From: Escherichia coli
Lineage (GTDB): Bacteria; Pseudomonadota; Gammaproteobacteria; Enterobacterales; Enterobacteriaceae
Direction: 5' to 3' (one strand)
Length of the DNA stretch: 64,000 nucleotides
NCBI RefSeq assembly: GCF_003991155.1
Contig: NZ_CP031293.1
In this document: positions 21,002-32,215 of the stretch, piece after piece
Layout: each line of letters begins with the position of its first letter
How positions within the stretch are numbered: the first letter of the stretch is position 1
The notes under the pieces: model-generated
Database searches by the model: none
What the model saw: the letters and a program-made list of their open reading frames with translations, nothing else
What the model was told of the DNA's origin: nothing
Translations under genes and position numbers: made by a program

Positions 21002-21688
21002 TTACATTACGCCGAAGGTTTCAAAGGCCTGTACCGTGCTCATGCCATCACTGATGGCTTTGCGCACTTCACTTTCAGTTGCCACTTTTTCCAGGGCCTG
21101 GGTAATAACTTCTTTCTCAACAACCTGGGGAATAATCAGTAATCCATCACGATCACCAAACACGATATCGCCCGGATTCACCCGCACGCCGTGAAATTCA
21201 ATAGGTACGCCGAAGTCGATGACCTTGCCGCGCGGACCTTGATCTTGTGCGTAAGTGCCATGACAAAAGGTGGGAAATTTCAATTCAAGAATTTCAGCAG
21301 AGTCACGGGCGTAACCATCGAGTACCGCACCTGCTGCTTTCAGATGCATGGCACGGGTAGACATCAACCCGCCCCACAAGGCATAGCGCAGAGAGCTGCC
21401 CGTAGTGATGTAAACATCGTTCTCTTTGAGGGCATCCAGCGCTTCAAACATGATGCCAAACGGTTTTTCGCCAATCGCCGTCTTACCCGACGTCGATTTG
21501 GTTTCGTAAACGTCCGACTCCAGCACCGGCATTGCCCGGCCTGCCACCACCGTATTCACATCCAGCGGCTTGATTGCCGGAGAAACAAACTGGTGCATAT
21601 AGCCCAGCGTGTCGAGAATATCGCCAACCACGGCGGTAAATAGCCGGGTTTTCATCAAAGCAAAAAGTTCGTTATCACTCTTCCACAT
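21002..21688 (-). CDS. RraA-like protein, putative class II 4-hydroxy-2-oxoacid aldolase
   Basis: About 228 aa from MWKSDNELFALMKTRLFTAVVGDILD... (RraA/MenG-like fold family); first gene of the operon. Confidence 0.75.
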   Translation of the reverse strand: MWKSDNELFALMKTRLFTAVVGDILDTLGYMHQFVSPAIKPLDVNTVVAGRAMPVLESDVYETKSTSGKTAIGEKPFGIMFEALDALKENDVYITTGSSLRYALWGGLMSTRAMHLKAAGAVLDGYARDSAEILELKFPTFCHGTYAQDQGPRGKVIDFGVPIEFHGVRVNPGDIVFGDRDGLLIIPQVVEKEVITQALEKVATESEVRKAISDGMSTVQAFETFGVM

Positions 21689-21694
21689 TATTTT

Positions 21695-21728
21695 CACCCT
21701 GTAAGCCTGTTTAACAGGTTTACAGGGT
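21695..21728. promoter_or_regulatory. Nested perfect palindrome (ACCCTGTAA-G-CCTGTT-T-AACAGG-T-TTACAGGGT) at the 5' end of the operon; candidate operator or RBS-occluding RNA hairpin
   Basis: Read from the sequence; lies 7 nt upstream of the RraA-like start codon and overlaps its Shine-Dalgarno region. Confidence 0.35.
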
Positions 21729-21951
21729 AAGGAGAAAAAGCGCACAATACTGCGAAGGGCGTCACGAAAAAGTTGTGTATTTACTATTTCTTCGCCACTC
21801 TTTCACACAATATGTCTTTGATTCGCACTGCATGGCGGGCGCACAGGCGCAGTAGTCTATTGATAATCAAGGGTTCTGGAGGAAAATATGAAGGATACAG
21901 TCCCGGTATTCTGGATTTTACCGACCAGGAAAAAGTACAACAGGAGTAAAA

Positions 21952-22665
21952 ATGAGTGAGAGTGCGTTATTGACCAGCGTAACGTTATCGTCACAGGTCA
22001 AAAATCATATTCTTAATCTGATCGCCGAACAAAAATTGACACCGGGGATGCCAGTTCCCAGTGAAATTCAGTTGATTCAGAAATTGGGCGTCAGTCGGGG
22101 TATTGTGCGTGAGGCCTATCGTTCACTTGCCGCCCTGGGGATTCTGGAAACGCACAGCGGTAAAGTGCCACGGATCAAAAAATTTGATGATGAAGTGCTG
22201 CGCGTGGTGTTTGGATTTGCCCTGGCGACCGAACAAGTAACAACAGAGCAAATTCTTCAAGTACGTCGCTGGCTAGAGTTGGGCGTTGTGGAAGCTGCTG
22301 CCCGTAATGGCGGAGAAGAAGATTTTGCTAACCTACGGGCTGAAATGGCAAAAATCCGCGAACAGTTCGATGATGTCGAAAGCTTTATCACCCATGACAT
22401 CCGCTTCCATCAGTTACTCGCCGTTGCCTCAAAAAATCCGCTTTTTATGATGTTATTGCAGGCATTACATCAGCAATTGCGGCAATCCATCCAGGAGGGA
22501 TTAAACGCCCAAAGCGATCAGAAAGAGTATGGCAATCACATCATCACACTACACCAGAAAATCTGCGACGCTGTGTGTGCCAGAGATGTCGAAACGGCGA
22601 CTCAAGCCATGAAATCACACTTCGACAGCCCGGTCAGTGCACTGATCAATAATTCCTCGCCATAA
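21952..22665 (+). CDS. GntR-family transcriptional regulator (FadR-type C-terminal domain)
   Basis: 237 aa; N-terminal winged HTH (EIQLIQKLGVSRGIVREAYRSL) followed by an all-helical domain; divergent from the catabolic operon. Confidence 0.85.
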   Translation: MSESALLTSVTLSSQVKNHILNLIAEQKLTPGMPVPSEIQLIQKLGVSRGIVREAYRSLAALGILETHSGKVPRIKKFDDEVLRVVFGFALATEQVTTEQILQVRRWLELGVVEAAARNGGEEDFANLRAEMAKIREQFDDVESFITHDIRFHQLLAVASKNPLFMMLLQALHQQLRQSIQEGLNAQSDQKEYGNHIITLHQKICDAVCARDVETATQAMKSHFDSPVSALINNSSP

Positions 22666-22844
22666 GACTTATTTCAGTTCAATCGTTTACTCTTCCCTCT
22701 TTTACAAATGAGAGGGAGACAACGGTACTTAATACGCCCTTTAGCCAAAATCTGTCTTTTTCTTGATTACCGCTATTTTTTCGTTGAGGCGCATTCTTTA
22801 TGCTGTATCGATACACCAAAGGTAAGTTAAACAGGGAGTGACGG

Positions 22845-23891
22845 ATGCCAGTTTTGCAGTGGGGAATGTTATGTGTTCTGTCACTTCTCCTTTCTATTGG
22901 CTTCCTCGCTTTACATCTCCCGGCGGCACTCCTGCTTGGCCCGATGCTCGCCGGGATCATCTTCAGTATGCGCGGGGTTACCCTGCAACTCCCCCGCTCC
23001 GCTTTTCTCGCCGCGCAGGCCATTCTTGGCTGCATGATTGCGCAAAACCTGACCGGTTCGATCCTGACCACGCTAGCGGTGAACTGGCCGATAGTGTTAG
23101 CCATTTTACTGGTGACGCTGCTTTCCAGCGCCATCGTGGATTGGTTATTGGTGCGCTATAGCTCACTGCCTGGAAATACCGGTGCCTGGGGTTCTTCTCC
23201 TGGCGGCGCGGCGGCAATGGTCGCTATGGCGCAAGATTACGGCGCAGATATTCGCCTGGTGGCGTTTATGCAATATCTGCGAGTGCTGTTCGTCGCGGGG
23301 GCCGCTGTTCTGGTCACCCGCATGATGCTGGGCGATAACGCTGAAGCGGTTAACCAGCAGATCGTCTGGTTCCCGCCAGTGAGCATTAATCTCCTGCTTA
23401 CGATTTTGCTCGCGGTCGTTGCCGGTACGGCGGGATGCTTGCTACGTCTTCCTTCCGGCACGATGCTCATCCCGATGCTGGGGGGCGCAGTGCTCCAGTC
23501 TGGTCAGCTCATCACGATTGAACTCCCGGAATGGCTGCTGGCGATGGCATATATGGCAATTGGCTGGCGGATTGGTCTTGGTTTCGATAAGCAAATATTA
23601 CTGCGGGCATTGCGCCCACTGCCACAAATCCTGCTGTCGATTTTTGCTCTGCTGGCTATTTGTGCGGGTATGGCGTGGGGACTGACCCGGTTTATGCATA
23701 TTGATTTTATGACTGCCTACCTCGCCACCAGTCCCGGCGGGCTTGATACCGTGGCGGTCATCGCCGCAGGGAGCAATGCCGATATGGCGCTCATTATGGC
23801 GATGCAAACCCTGCGCCTGTTCAGTATTTTGCTGACGGGACCTGCCATTGCGCGGTTTATTTCAACCTATGCGCCGAAACGTACGGCCTAG
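22845..23891 (+). CDS. abrB: AbrB-family membrane protein (putative regulator/transporter)
   Basis: 348-aa polytopic [27 protein letters not shown]...; conserved position next to nei. Confidence 0.85.
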   Translation: MPVLQWGMLCVLSLLLSIGFLALHLPAALLLGPMLAGIIFSMRGVTLQLPRSAFLAAQAILGCMIAQNLTGSILTTLAVNWPIVLAILLVTLLSSAIVDWLLVRYSSLPGNTGAWGSSPGGAAAMVAMAQDYGADIRLVAFMQYLRVLFVAGAAVLVTRMMLGDNAEAVNQQIVWFPPVSINLLLTILLAVVAGTAGCLLRLPSGTMLIPMLGGAVLQSGQLITIELPEWLLAMAYMAIGWRIGLGFDKQILLRALRPLPQILLSIFALLAICAGMAWGLTRFMHIDFMTAYLATSPGGLDTVAVIAAGSNADMALIMAMQTLRLFSILLTGPAIARFISTYAPKRTA

Positions 23892-24679
23892 TGCTGACAG
23901 CCAGGGCACCAGTAAAACGGGCGAGATGACAGCGTGGTTTTCTCAATGATGCCGCCACAGCGTTCGCACGGTTCGCCATCACGATGAAAAACCTTAAAGC
24001 GAAACAGCGCCCCATGATATTTGTTTTCATCCACCTGCCCCCGCGTAGCGTAAGAAAGTCGCGGAATATCCAGTAACGCGTGTGCGAGTGCGTCCAGTTG
24101 CGCCGCATTGAGATCTTTCGCTTTATGATTTCCGGTCAACCCAACCTGCCAGAGGATCTCCACCCGCAAATAATTGCCAAGTCCTGCCAGAAACGCCTGA
24201 TCGAGTAGTAATCCAGCAAACTGACGGTTACGAAAGCGCGGTGACAATAATCGTTCCTTTACCACCTCTGGCGTCAGATTCGGATCCAGCACATCGGGAC
24301 CAACGCGTTGTAAAAACGGATGCGTGGTCAGTTGTTCCGGGGTCAACATCTCAATATCCGAGGCGCTATAAAGCAGAATGGTTTTGTCAACCGTTTGCAG
24401 TTTTACCCGCAATACTCGCGTGGTCTGCGGCTCTTCGCCGGTATCAACCACGCGCCAGACGCCGTAAAGCTGATTATGGCTGTAGAGCGTTAATTCGTTG
24501 GAAAAATGAGTTAACAACGCCTTACCACGCGTTTCCACATGGGTAACGTGTTGACCGATAAGTTGTGATTGATAAGATTTTAACTGCGGGAAGGCAAACC
24601 AGACATCAGTTAGTGGTTTGCCTTTGATCGCCGCCTCCAGGTTATCCGCTGCACGGCGGATCTCCGGGCCTTCAGGCAT
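23888..24679 (-). CDS. nei: Endonuclease VIII
   Basis: 263 aa; [18 protein letters not shown]-terminus and C-terminal zinc finger CERCGG...CPGCQ. Confidence 0.95.
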   Translation of the reverse strand: MPEGPEIRRAADNLEAAIKGKPLTDVWFAFPQLKSYQSQLIGQHVTHVETRGKALLTHFSNELTLYSHNQLYGVWRVVDTGEEPQTTRVLRVKLQTVDKTILLYSASDIEMLTPEQLTTHPFLQRVGPDVLDPNLTPEVVKERLLSPRFRNRQFAGLLLDQAFLAGLGNYLRVEILWQVGLTGNHKAKDLNAAQLDALAHALLDIPRLSYATRGQVDENKYHGALFRFKVFHRDGEPCERCGGIIEKTTLSSRPFYWCPGCQH

Positions 24680-24714
24680 GGTGATATCCTTTTTTCATTC
24701 TTTATTAAGCGGGG

Positions 24715-25449
24715 TTATGCTGCGACAACAATCCCCTTTTCGGCAAATGTAGAGCGTAGTCGGCGGGCGAACGCCAGTGCGTGCTCGCCATCGCCATGCA
24801 GGCAGACCGTTTGCGCCGTGACCGTTGCCCATTCGCCGGTGATACTTTTGACTCTGCCGTGTTGCACCATCTCCAGCGTTTGCGCCAGCGCCTGTTCTTC
24901 GTTTTCAATCAACGCGCCTGGCTGGCTTCGCGGCACCAGCGAACCGTCTGCCTGATAACCGCGATCGGCAAACACTTCCTCGCGCGTTGTCAGGCCATAT
25001 TGCTTGCCTGCACGAATCAGCTCGCTTCCCGCCAGCCCGACGAGAATCAATGCCGGATCGCAAGCGTATACCGCTCTGGCGATGGCGTCTGCCAGTTGTG
25101 CCTCTTTCGCCGCCTGGTTGTATAACATGCCGTGCGGTTTGACATGACGCATTACACCGCCTTGCGCACGGGCAATCGCTGCCAGCGCGCCAATTTGATA
25201 CAGCGTCTGGGCGAAAGCGGTTTCTGGCGGCAGCTGCATGGCGCTGCGACCAAAATTTTCCCTGTCGGGAAAACTCGGGTGAGCGCCAATCGCGACACCA
25301 TTTTTTATTGCTTCACGCACGCAAGCCTGCATGGTTTGCGCATCGCCTGCATGAAATCCACAGGCAATATTGGCAGAGGAAACCAGCGTTAATAGCTCTG
25401 CGTCGCTGGCATAGCCTTCGCCCAGATCAGCGTTCAGGTCAATTTTCAT
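24715..25449 (-). CDS. pxpA: 5-oxoprolinase subunit A (LamB/YcsF family)
   Basis: 244-aa [23 protein letters not shown]... Confidence 0.9.
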   Translation of the reverse strand: MKIDLNADLGEGYASDAELLTLVSSANIACGFHAGDAQTMQACVREAIKNGVAIGAHPSFPDRENFGRSAMQLPPETAFAQTLYQIGALAAIARAQGGVMRHVKPHGMLYNQAAKEAQLADAIARAVYACDPALILVGLAGSELIRAGKQYGLTTREEVFADRGYQADGSLVPRSQPGALIENEEQALAQTLEMVQHGRVKSITGEWATVTAQTVCLHGDGEHALAFARRLRSTFAEKGIVVAA

Positions 25450-26371
25450 TGTGCAGCCGCCACGCTAATTGTTCGAAATAACGTTGCTGATCTTGCCGTG
25501 CTTTAAGTGCCTCTTCCAGTGAACACTGGACAAAATGAATCGGCTGACCGAGCGGAATTTGCGCCAGATGGTACATATCAGCCTCGATGATACAGGCAAT
25601 ACGCGGATAACCACCGGTGGTCTGTGCGTCGTTCATCAACACAATGGGCTGCCCGTTATGCGGCACCTGCACCACGCCCGGTAACAAACCGTGAGATAAC
25701 AGTTCGCGATCGGTGGTACGTTTTAAAATTTGCCCCTGTAAGCGATAGCCCATTCGGTTACTTTGCGGGCTAAGCTGCCAGGGCGAACGCCAGAATGCAT
25801 CCTGCGAGGCGCGATCGAACTCATGATATTCCGGCCCCGGCAAGGCGCGAATGCGGTTGCCCCACAGCAGCTGTTTAACGCCCTGCGCTTCCATAAAATC
25901 ACGCTTCGATTTGCCAATCGGGAGTCGGTCACCATCCTTCAGTAAACGGCCTTCCAGCCCGCCAATCCCCACTTTGAGATCGGTGCTGCATGACCCCATT
26001 ACCGGCGGAACGTCAATACCACCCGCGACCGCCAGATAACTGCGCATCCCGTGCTGCGGGCGTTTAAGCGTTAAACGCTGGCCTGCTTTCATCGGCAATC
26101 GCCAGCCGGTCCAGACGGCGTTATCATCCAGCCGCGCTTCGCAACCGGCCCCCGTCAGAGCAAACCACCCATCAGTTTCGAACTCAACCGTTAACTGACC
26201 GAGCGTGATCTCCAGCGCGGGGGCATTGGCGTCATTACCCACCAGTAGGTTAGCAATGCGTAACGCGGGCATATCCAGTGCGCCGCAGTGGCTGATACCC
26301 GACTGGCGAAAACCGTGACGACCGCCATCCTGCACAGTGGTATACATGCCCGCACGAATAATCTTCAGCAT
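25439..26371 (-). CDS. pxpC: 5-oxoprolinase subunit C
   Basis: 310-aa ORF; position in the ybgIJKL-nei operon. Confidence 0.88.
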   Translation of the reverse strand: MLKIIRAGMYTTVQDGGRHGFRQSGISHCGALDMPALRIANLLVGNDANAPALEITLGQLTVEFETDGWFALTGAGCEARLDDNAVWTGWRLPMKAGQRLTLKRPQHGMRSYLAVAGGIDVPPVMGSCSTDLKVGIGGLEGRLLKDGDRLPIGKSKRDFMEAQGVKQLLWGNRIRALPGPEYHEFDRASQDAFWRSPWQLSPQSNRMGYRLQGQILKRTTDRELLSHGLLPGVVQVPHNGQPIVLMNDAQTTGGYPRIACIIEADMYHLAQIPLGQPIHFVQCSLEEALKARQDQQRYFEQLAWRLHNEN

Positions 26372-27021
26372 ACTCCCTCCTTTTGCGGTACAAAGCGCAC
26401 GCTGTCTCCCGGACGTAATAAGATGGGTTCGCCACGCGCCGGATCAAACAGGCTGAGTGAGGTATGACCAATCAACTGCCAGCCACCCGGCGTTGCCAGC
26501 GGATAAACACCAGTCTGCGGCCCGCCGATCCCGACAGAACCTGCCGGAACGAGCAAGCGCGGTTCAGCGCGCCGTGGCGTGTGTAGTTGTTCCGGCAAAC
26601 TCCCGAGATACGGGAAGCCCGGTTGAAAACCTAAAAACCAGACCACGTATTCCACGGAGGAGTGCAATTCAACAACCTGTTTTTCGCTCAACCCGCAATG
26701 CGCCGCGACCACCGCCAAATCCGGTCCGCCTGCACCACCGTAAACCACCGGAATTTCAATAAAGCGAGACTCCGGCTCCAGCGCCTCACTCTCCTCCCAC
26801 CAGCGTTGCAAACGCTCTATGGCATCCAGCGCCAGCGACTCAGGATTACGTAAAATCACCGTGATATTGTTCATCCCCGGTATCGCTTCAACCACATTTG
26901 GCATATCCACCAGACGCTGCGCCAGTCGCCAGATCCGTTTCTGGCTAGCCAGCGTCACCGGCGGTTCCAGCTCCAGCACTACCGCCGTTTCACCTATCAG
27001 ATAACAACGCGCTCGTTGCAC
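26365..27021 (-). CDS. pxpB: 5-oxoprolinase subunit B
   Basis: 218-aa ORF; overlaps pxpC. Confidence 0.88.
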   Translation of the reverse strand: MQRARCYLIGETAVVLELEPPVTLASQKRIWRLAQRLVDMPNVVEAIPGMNNITVILRNPESLALDAIERLQRWWEESEALEPESRFIEIPVVYGGAGGPDLAVVAAHCGLSEKQVVELHSSVEYVVWFLGFQPGFPYLGSLPEQLHTPRRAEPRLLVPAGSVGIGGPQTGVYPLATPGGWQLIGHTSLSLFDPARGEPILLRPGDSVRFVPQKEGVC

Positions 27022-27043
27022 TTTCGATCCCTCTGATTATTCG

Positions 27044-27787
27044 TTATGCAGGATTAGGAATATCAATAAAGGTCACATCAAGATCGGTATTTTCATTCAG
27101 CCACTCGCTCAACGCGCGAATACCACCGCGTTCAGTGGCATGGTGACCCGCAGCATAAAAATGCAATCCCTGCTCGCGGGCTGAATGAATGGTCTGTTCA
27201 GAAACTTCGCCAGTAATAAAAGCATCCACGCCAAAACGCGCGGCGCTATCGATAAAACTTTGCCCGCCCCCCGTGCACCAGGCGACGCGCTGGACCACCT
27301 CAGGTCCGGTATCGCCACACCATAACGGCTTACGTCCCAGACGCGCTTCAATCCAGGAGGCCAGTTCCAGTCCCGGCACAGGCATGGTCAGTTCGCCCCA
27401 CGGCACCAACGGCTCAATATCGCCCATGACCGTGATCCCCAGTAACGCCGCCAGCTGTGCGTTATTGCCCAGCTCAGGATGTGCGTCAAGCGGCAAATGC
27501 CAGCCATACAGGTTGATATCATTTGCCAGCAACGTTTTTAAACGGTTACGCTTCATGCCGCGAATGACCGGGGATTCACCTTTCCAGAAGTAGCCATGAT
27601 GCACAATGACCGCATCCGCGCCCAGACGCACCGCTTCATCGAGCAAAGCCTGGCTGGCGGTGACACCGGTAACAATTTTTTGCACCGTCTCTTTGCCTTC
27701 CACCTGCAAACCATTCGGCGCGTAATCACTAATCGCCGCGCTGTTCAGTTTTTCGTTAATCAGTTGTTCCAGTTCGGTGTTTTTCAT
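27044..27787 (-). CDS. ybgI: Nif3-family metal-binding protein
   Basis: 247-aa ORF MKNTELEQLINEKLNSAAISDYAPNGLQVEG... Confidence 0.9.
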   Translation of the reverse strand: MKNTELEQLINEKLNSAAISDYAPNGLQVEGKETVQKIVTGVTASQALLDEAVRLGADAVIVHHGYFWKGESPVIRGMKRNRLKTLLANDINLYGWHLPLDAHPELGNNAQLAALLGITVMGDIEPLVPWGELTMPVPGLELASWIEARLGRKPLWCGDTGPEVVQRVAWCTGGGQSFIDSAARFGVDAFITGEVSEQTIHSAREQGLHFYAAGHHATERGGIRALSEWLNENTDLDVTFIDIPNPA

Positions 27788-27874
27788 CTTCGCGCCTTCC
27801 GTATTCTGATAGCTACACCGTTAACATAGCGTTACCTCGCCTGTTCGTCGATAGCCAATCTTTTGACATATTAA

Positions 27875-29539
<1,665 letters not shown>

Positions 29540-29554
29540 CAGGCCAGCACCGAT

Positions 29555-29588
29555 GCCTGATAAGACGCTCGCTGCGTTTTATCAGGCT
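29555..29588. repeat. REP-like palindromic element between convergent dtpD and phr
   Basis: GCCTGATAAGACGC...GCGTTTTATCAGGC inverted repeat. Confidence 0.45.
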
Positions 29589-31000
29589 CCTTTCCTCGCT
29601 TCTTCGTACGCTGCCAGCGTTCGCAGCCTTGCCTCTTTGTGATCAACTATCGGTTGCGGATAATCCAGCGTCACACCTGCTTTCTGCGCCCACTTCCACG
29701 GCTCATGCACCACTTTCCCTGGCACATCGCGCAGCTCCGGGAGCCACTGGCGGATAAATTCGCCTTCGCGGTCAAATTTCTCACCCTGAGTTGTCGGGTT
29801 GAAAATACGAAAATACGGCGCTGCATCGGTTCCGGTTGAAGCGGCCCACTGCCAGCCACCGTTATTGGCTGCCAAATCACCATCAATCAGCTGCGACATG
29901 AAATATCGCTCACCTTCGCGCCAGTCGATCAATAAATCTTTCACCAAAAAACTGGCTGTAATCATCCGTAGCCGGTTATGCATCCAGCCAGTGCTGTTAA
30001 GCTGACGCATGGCAGCATCAACAATCGGGTATCCCGTTTTGCCTTCCTGCCAGGCCTTTAAATGCGCGGAATTGCTCTGCCACTGCACGCGGTCGGTCCA
30101 GACAATAAACGGACGATGTTTACACAGCGAGGGGTAATACGTTATCAGATGACGGTAAAACTCGCGCCAGATCAGCTCATTAAGCCAGATACTACCGGCC
30201 CCACCGTCCAGCGCCTGCGGCTGTTCCGCCAACAGGCGATGCAAACACTGGCGAGGCGATAACCCGCCCGTTGCCAGGCTGGCGGACAAACGGCTGGTGC
30301 CTTCTACCGCAGGGAAATCTCGCTGTTGCTCATACTCTCCGGCACCGTTCTGGCAAAACTGGCGTAATTGCGCAATCGCCGCTTTCTCTTCCACCGGGAA
30401 ATGCGCAGTATCGAAAGGCTGACGAGGATAATTCAGCGTAATGGATGGCGCGGGCTTTATCGATCCGCTACTACGAACTTTTGGTGCAGCGACGCACTCC
30501 GGCATCCCTTCCCGCAGCCGTTTCAGCCAGGCATTTTGAAAAGGCGTAAAGACTTTGTACATCTCATGATTGCCAGTCATCACCGCCCCCGGCGGCAGGA
30601 TCACGCTGTCGTCAAATCCTTCACACACCACGTTACGCAGCGTTCTCTCAACCTGCACATCCCGCGCCCGCTCATTCACCTCATACTGATAGTTATAAAA
30701 CAGATGGGTAACACGATTTTCCGCGCACACCTGTTTAACTATTTCGACGCTGGCGGCAAAGTCATCCACTTCATGAAACAGTAAAGGAATGCCTTTTTCC
30801 GCCAGCGCAATTTGTAGCCCATTCAGTTGAGCATTGATAAGTTCAGCCTGACGCGGCGACATGTTATGCGCCGCCCACTGGCGTGGTGTAGCGATATACA
30901 ACGCCAGCACGCGCGCAGACGAATTGCGGCAGGCGGCAGCCAGCGCGAGATTATCATGCTGACGTAAATCCTGGCGAAACCAGACCAGATGGGTAGTCAT
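29582..31000 (-). CDS. phr: Deoxyribodipyrimidine photolyase
   Basis: 472-aa ORF MTTHLVWFRQDLRQHDNLALAAAC... Confidence 0.93.
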   Translation of the reverse strand: MTTHLVWFRQDLRQHDNLALAAACRNSSARVLALYIATPRQWAAHNMSPRQAELINAQLNGLQIALAEKGIPLLFHEVDDFAASVEIVKQVCAENRVTHLFYNYQYEVNERARDVQVERTLRNVVCEGFDDSVILPPGAVMTGNHEMYKVFTPFQNAWLKRLREGMPECVAAPKVRSSGSIKPAPSITLNYPRQPFDTAHFPVEEKAAIAQLRQFCQNGAGEYEQQRDFPAVEGTSRLSASLATGGLSPRQCLHRLLAEQPQALDGGAGSIWLNELIWREFYRHLITYYPSLCKHRPFIVWTDRVQWQSNSAHLKAWQEGKTGYPIVDAAMRQLNSTGWMHNRLRMITASFLVKDLLIDWREGERYFMSQLIDGDLAANNGGWQWAASTGTDAAPYFRIFNPTTQGEKFDREGEFIRQWLPELRDVPGKVVHEPWKWAQKAGVTLDYPQPIVDHKEARLRTLAAYEEARKGA

Positions 31001-31506
31001 AAAACTCCTGAATGGCGCAAGTTAATCACACGCGGCCAAAGTTCGAAATAACGCTGCCCTGAAAGCCAGGCGTCAGGATAAAGCGCCATATAGTGTTTGA
31101 TACGCATCAGCGGCGCAAGAAGCGGTTGCTCGCCACCGCGATAACTGTCGATAAGCGCCGCCAGCTGCTGGCGTTCTGTGGAATCAATATGAGGGCGAAA
31201 ATAACCCTGAACGTGCATCAAAACATTGGTGTGGTCACGTCGGTTGGCGGGGTGAGAAAGCAAAACAACTACGCGTTGGCGGTACTGGTTGTAATAGTCA
31301 TCCAGATTTTGCCACTGGTGAATATCAGCCACGAACGGGCCAAGTTTGCGGTACTCGGGCTGGGAATGGGCCAGAAAGACGAGTTTATAGCGGCTGTGAT
31401 AATCGTTGAGTGCCCCGCGCGTTAGTCCTCGATCTTTGAGATTGTGTAACTCATGCAAAGCAAAAATGCGGATAAGGGTGCTGTCATCAAAAAGTTGTTG
31501 ATTCAT
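30997..31506 (-). CDS. ybgA: DUF1722-family protein
   Basis: 169-aa ORF overlapping the phr start by 4 nt. Confidence 0.85.
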   Translation of the reverse strand: MNQQLFDDSTLIRIFALHELHNLKDRGLTRGALNDYHSRYKLVFLAHSQPEYRKLGPFVADIHQWQNLDDYYNQYRQRVVVLLSHPANRRDHTNVLMHVQGYFRPHIDSTERQQLAALIDSYRGGEQPLLAPLMRIKHYMALYPDAWLSGQRYFELWPRVINLRHSGVL

Positions 31507-31544
31507 TACTGCTCCTGAACGGTTTACAGGAGTAAGTGTAGACG

Positions 31545-31584
31545 CCGAAAAAAGAAAACCGCCAGCGTTTCCACCGGCGGTTTT
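31545..31584 (-). terminator. Intrinsic terminator downstream of ybfA
   Basis: Stem AAAACCGCC/GGCGGTTTT followed by a U-run on the minus strand. Confidence 0.55.
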
Positions 31585-31606
31585 CTTTAAACGTCATGTT
31601 TGGCAA

Positions 31607-31813
31607 TCAGTAAAAATCACCGGTTGCCTTTTCGGCCTGATCCATCCACACCGGTTTATCGCTGGTTTTCGACCAGACGCGGTGCAGGTAGCTGTAAAAG
31701 CGGGCGCGGTCTTTCCAGAAAAGCATGAAAGGCAGCGCCAGAACGCCCGCTGCAACCGCATAAGTACGGCGTAAAAAGATAAGCCATGCAGGATATTCTC
31801 TGTAGAGTTCCAT
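31607..31813 (-). CDS. ybfA: Small membrane protein (DUF2517)
   Basis: 68-aa [36 protein letters not shown]... Confidence 0.8.
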
Positions 31814-32021
31814 ACTTTTCTCCCCCTTTTGTATCTACCCGGTGAATGGCACCGGAAAAATGAATTTGTTTATCTGATGAAAATAGTACCGCCTTTTGTG
31901 TAATTTTACTACTCATCCGACCACTTATTTTTGTTTATTGATGGTTTATTTACATTCACTGTGTAATTAAGTTACACAAAAGTTAAATTAATACTAAACA
32001 TTAGTTAAATCATGGCTTTTG

Positions 32022-32048
32022 CCATTTTTATACTTTTTTTACACCACG
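32022..32048 (+). promoter_or_regulatory. kdpFABC promoter with KdpE-binding region
   Basis: CATTTTTATACTTTTTTTACACCACGCCCG matches the T-rich direct-repeat KdpE site described for E. coli. Confidence 0.5.
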
Positions 32049-32125
32049 CCCGCAGATTTTTGCGAAATCTTTGCAGCCAGAATTCTACCCTTCCGATATC
32101 ACTTTTAGGCCACTGGAGGTGCACT

Positions 32126-32215
32126 GTGAGTGCAGGCGTGATAGCCGGCGTGTTGCTGGTGTTTTTATTACTGGGTTATCTGGTTTATGCCCTGATCAAT
32201 GCGGAGGCGTTCTGA
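32126..32215 (+). CDS. kdpF: K+-transporting ATPase subunit F (29 aa)
   Basis: GTG start; [29 protein letters not shown]; stop overlaps the kdpA start. Confidence 0.8.
   Translation: MSAGVIAGVLLVFLLLGYLVYALINAEAF

Noticed and set aside
21002-21688. RraA-like gene as an RNase E regulator
   Set aside because: Operon context with dehydratase, dehydrogenases and a transporter favours a metabolic (aldolase) role; kept as a hypothesis in the findings rather than an annotation.
14860-22665. Island as a mobile element (transposon or integrative element)
   Set aside because: No transposase, integrase or recombinase ORF is present and I see no flanking direct or inverted repeats by eye; better described as a metabolic island of unknown acquisition route.
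32071-32214. N-terminal extension of kdpA (605-aa version in the ORF track)
   Set aside because: The extension is in a different frame from kdpF and would abolish the kdpF–kdpA coupling; the MAAQGFLL start matches KdpA.
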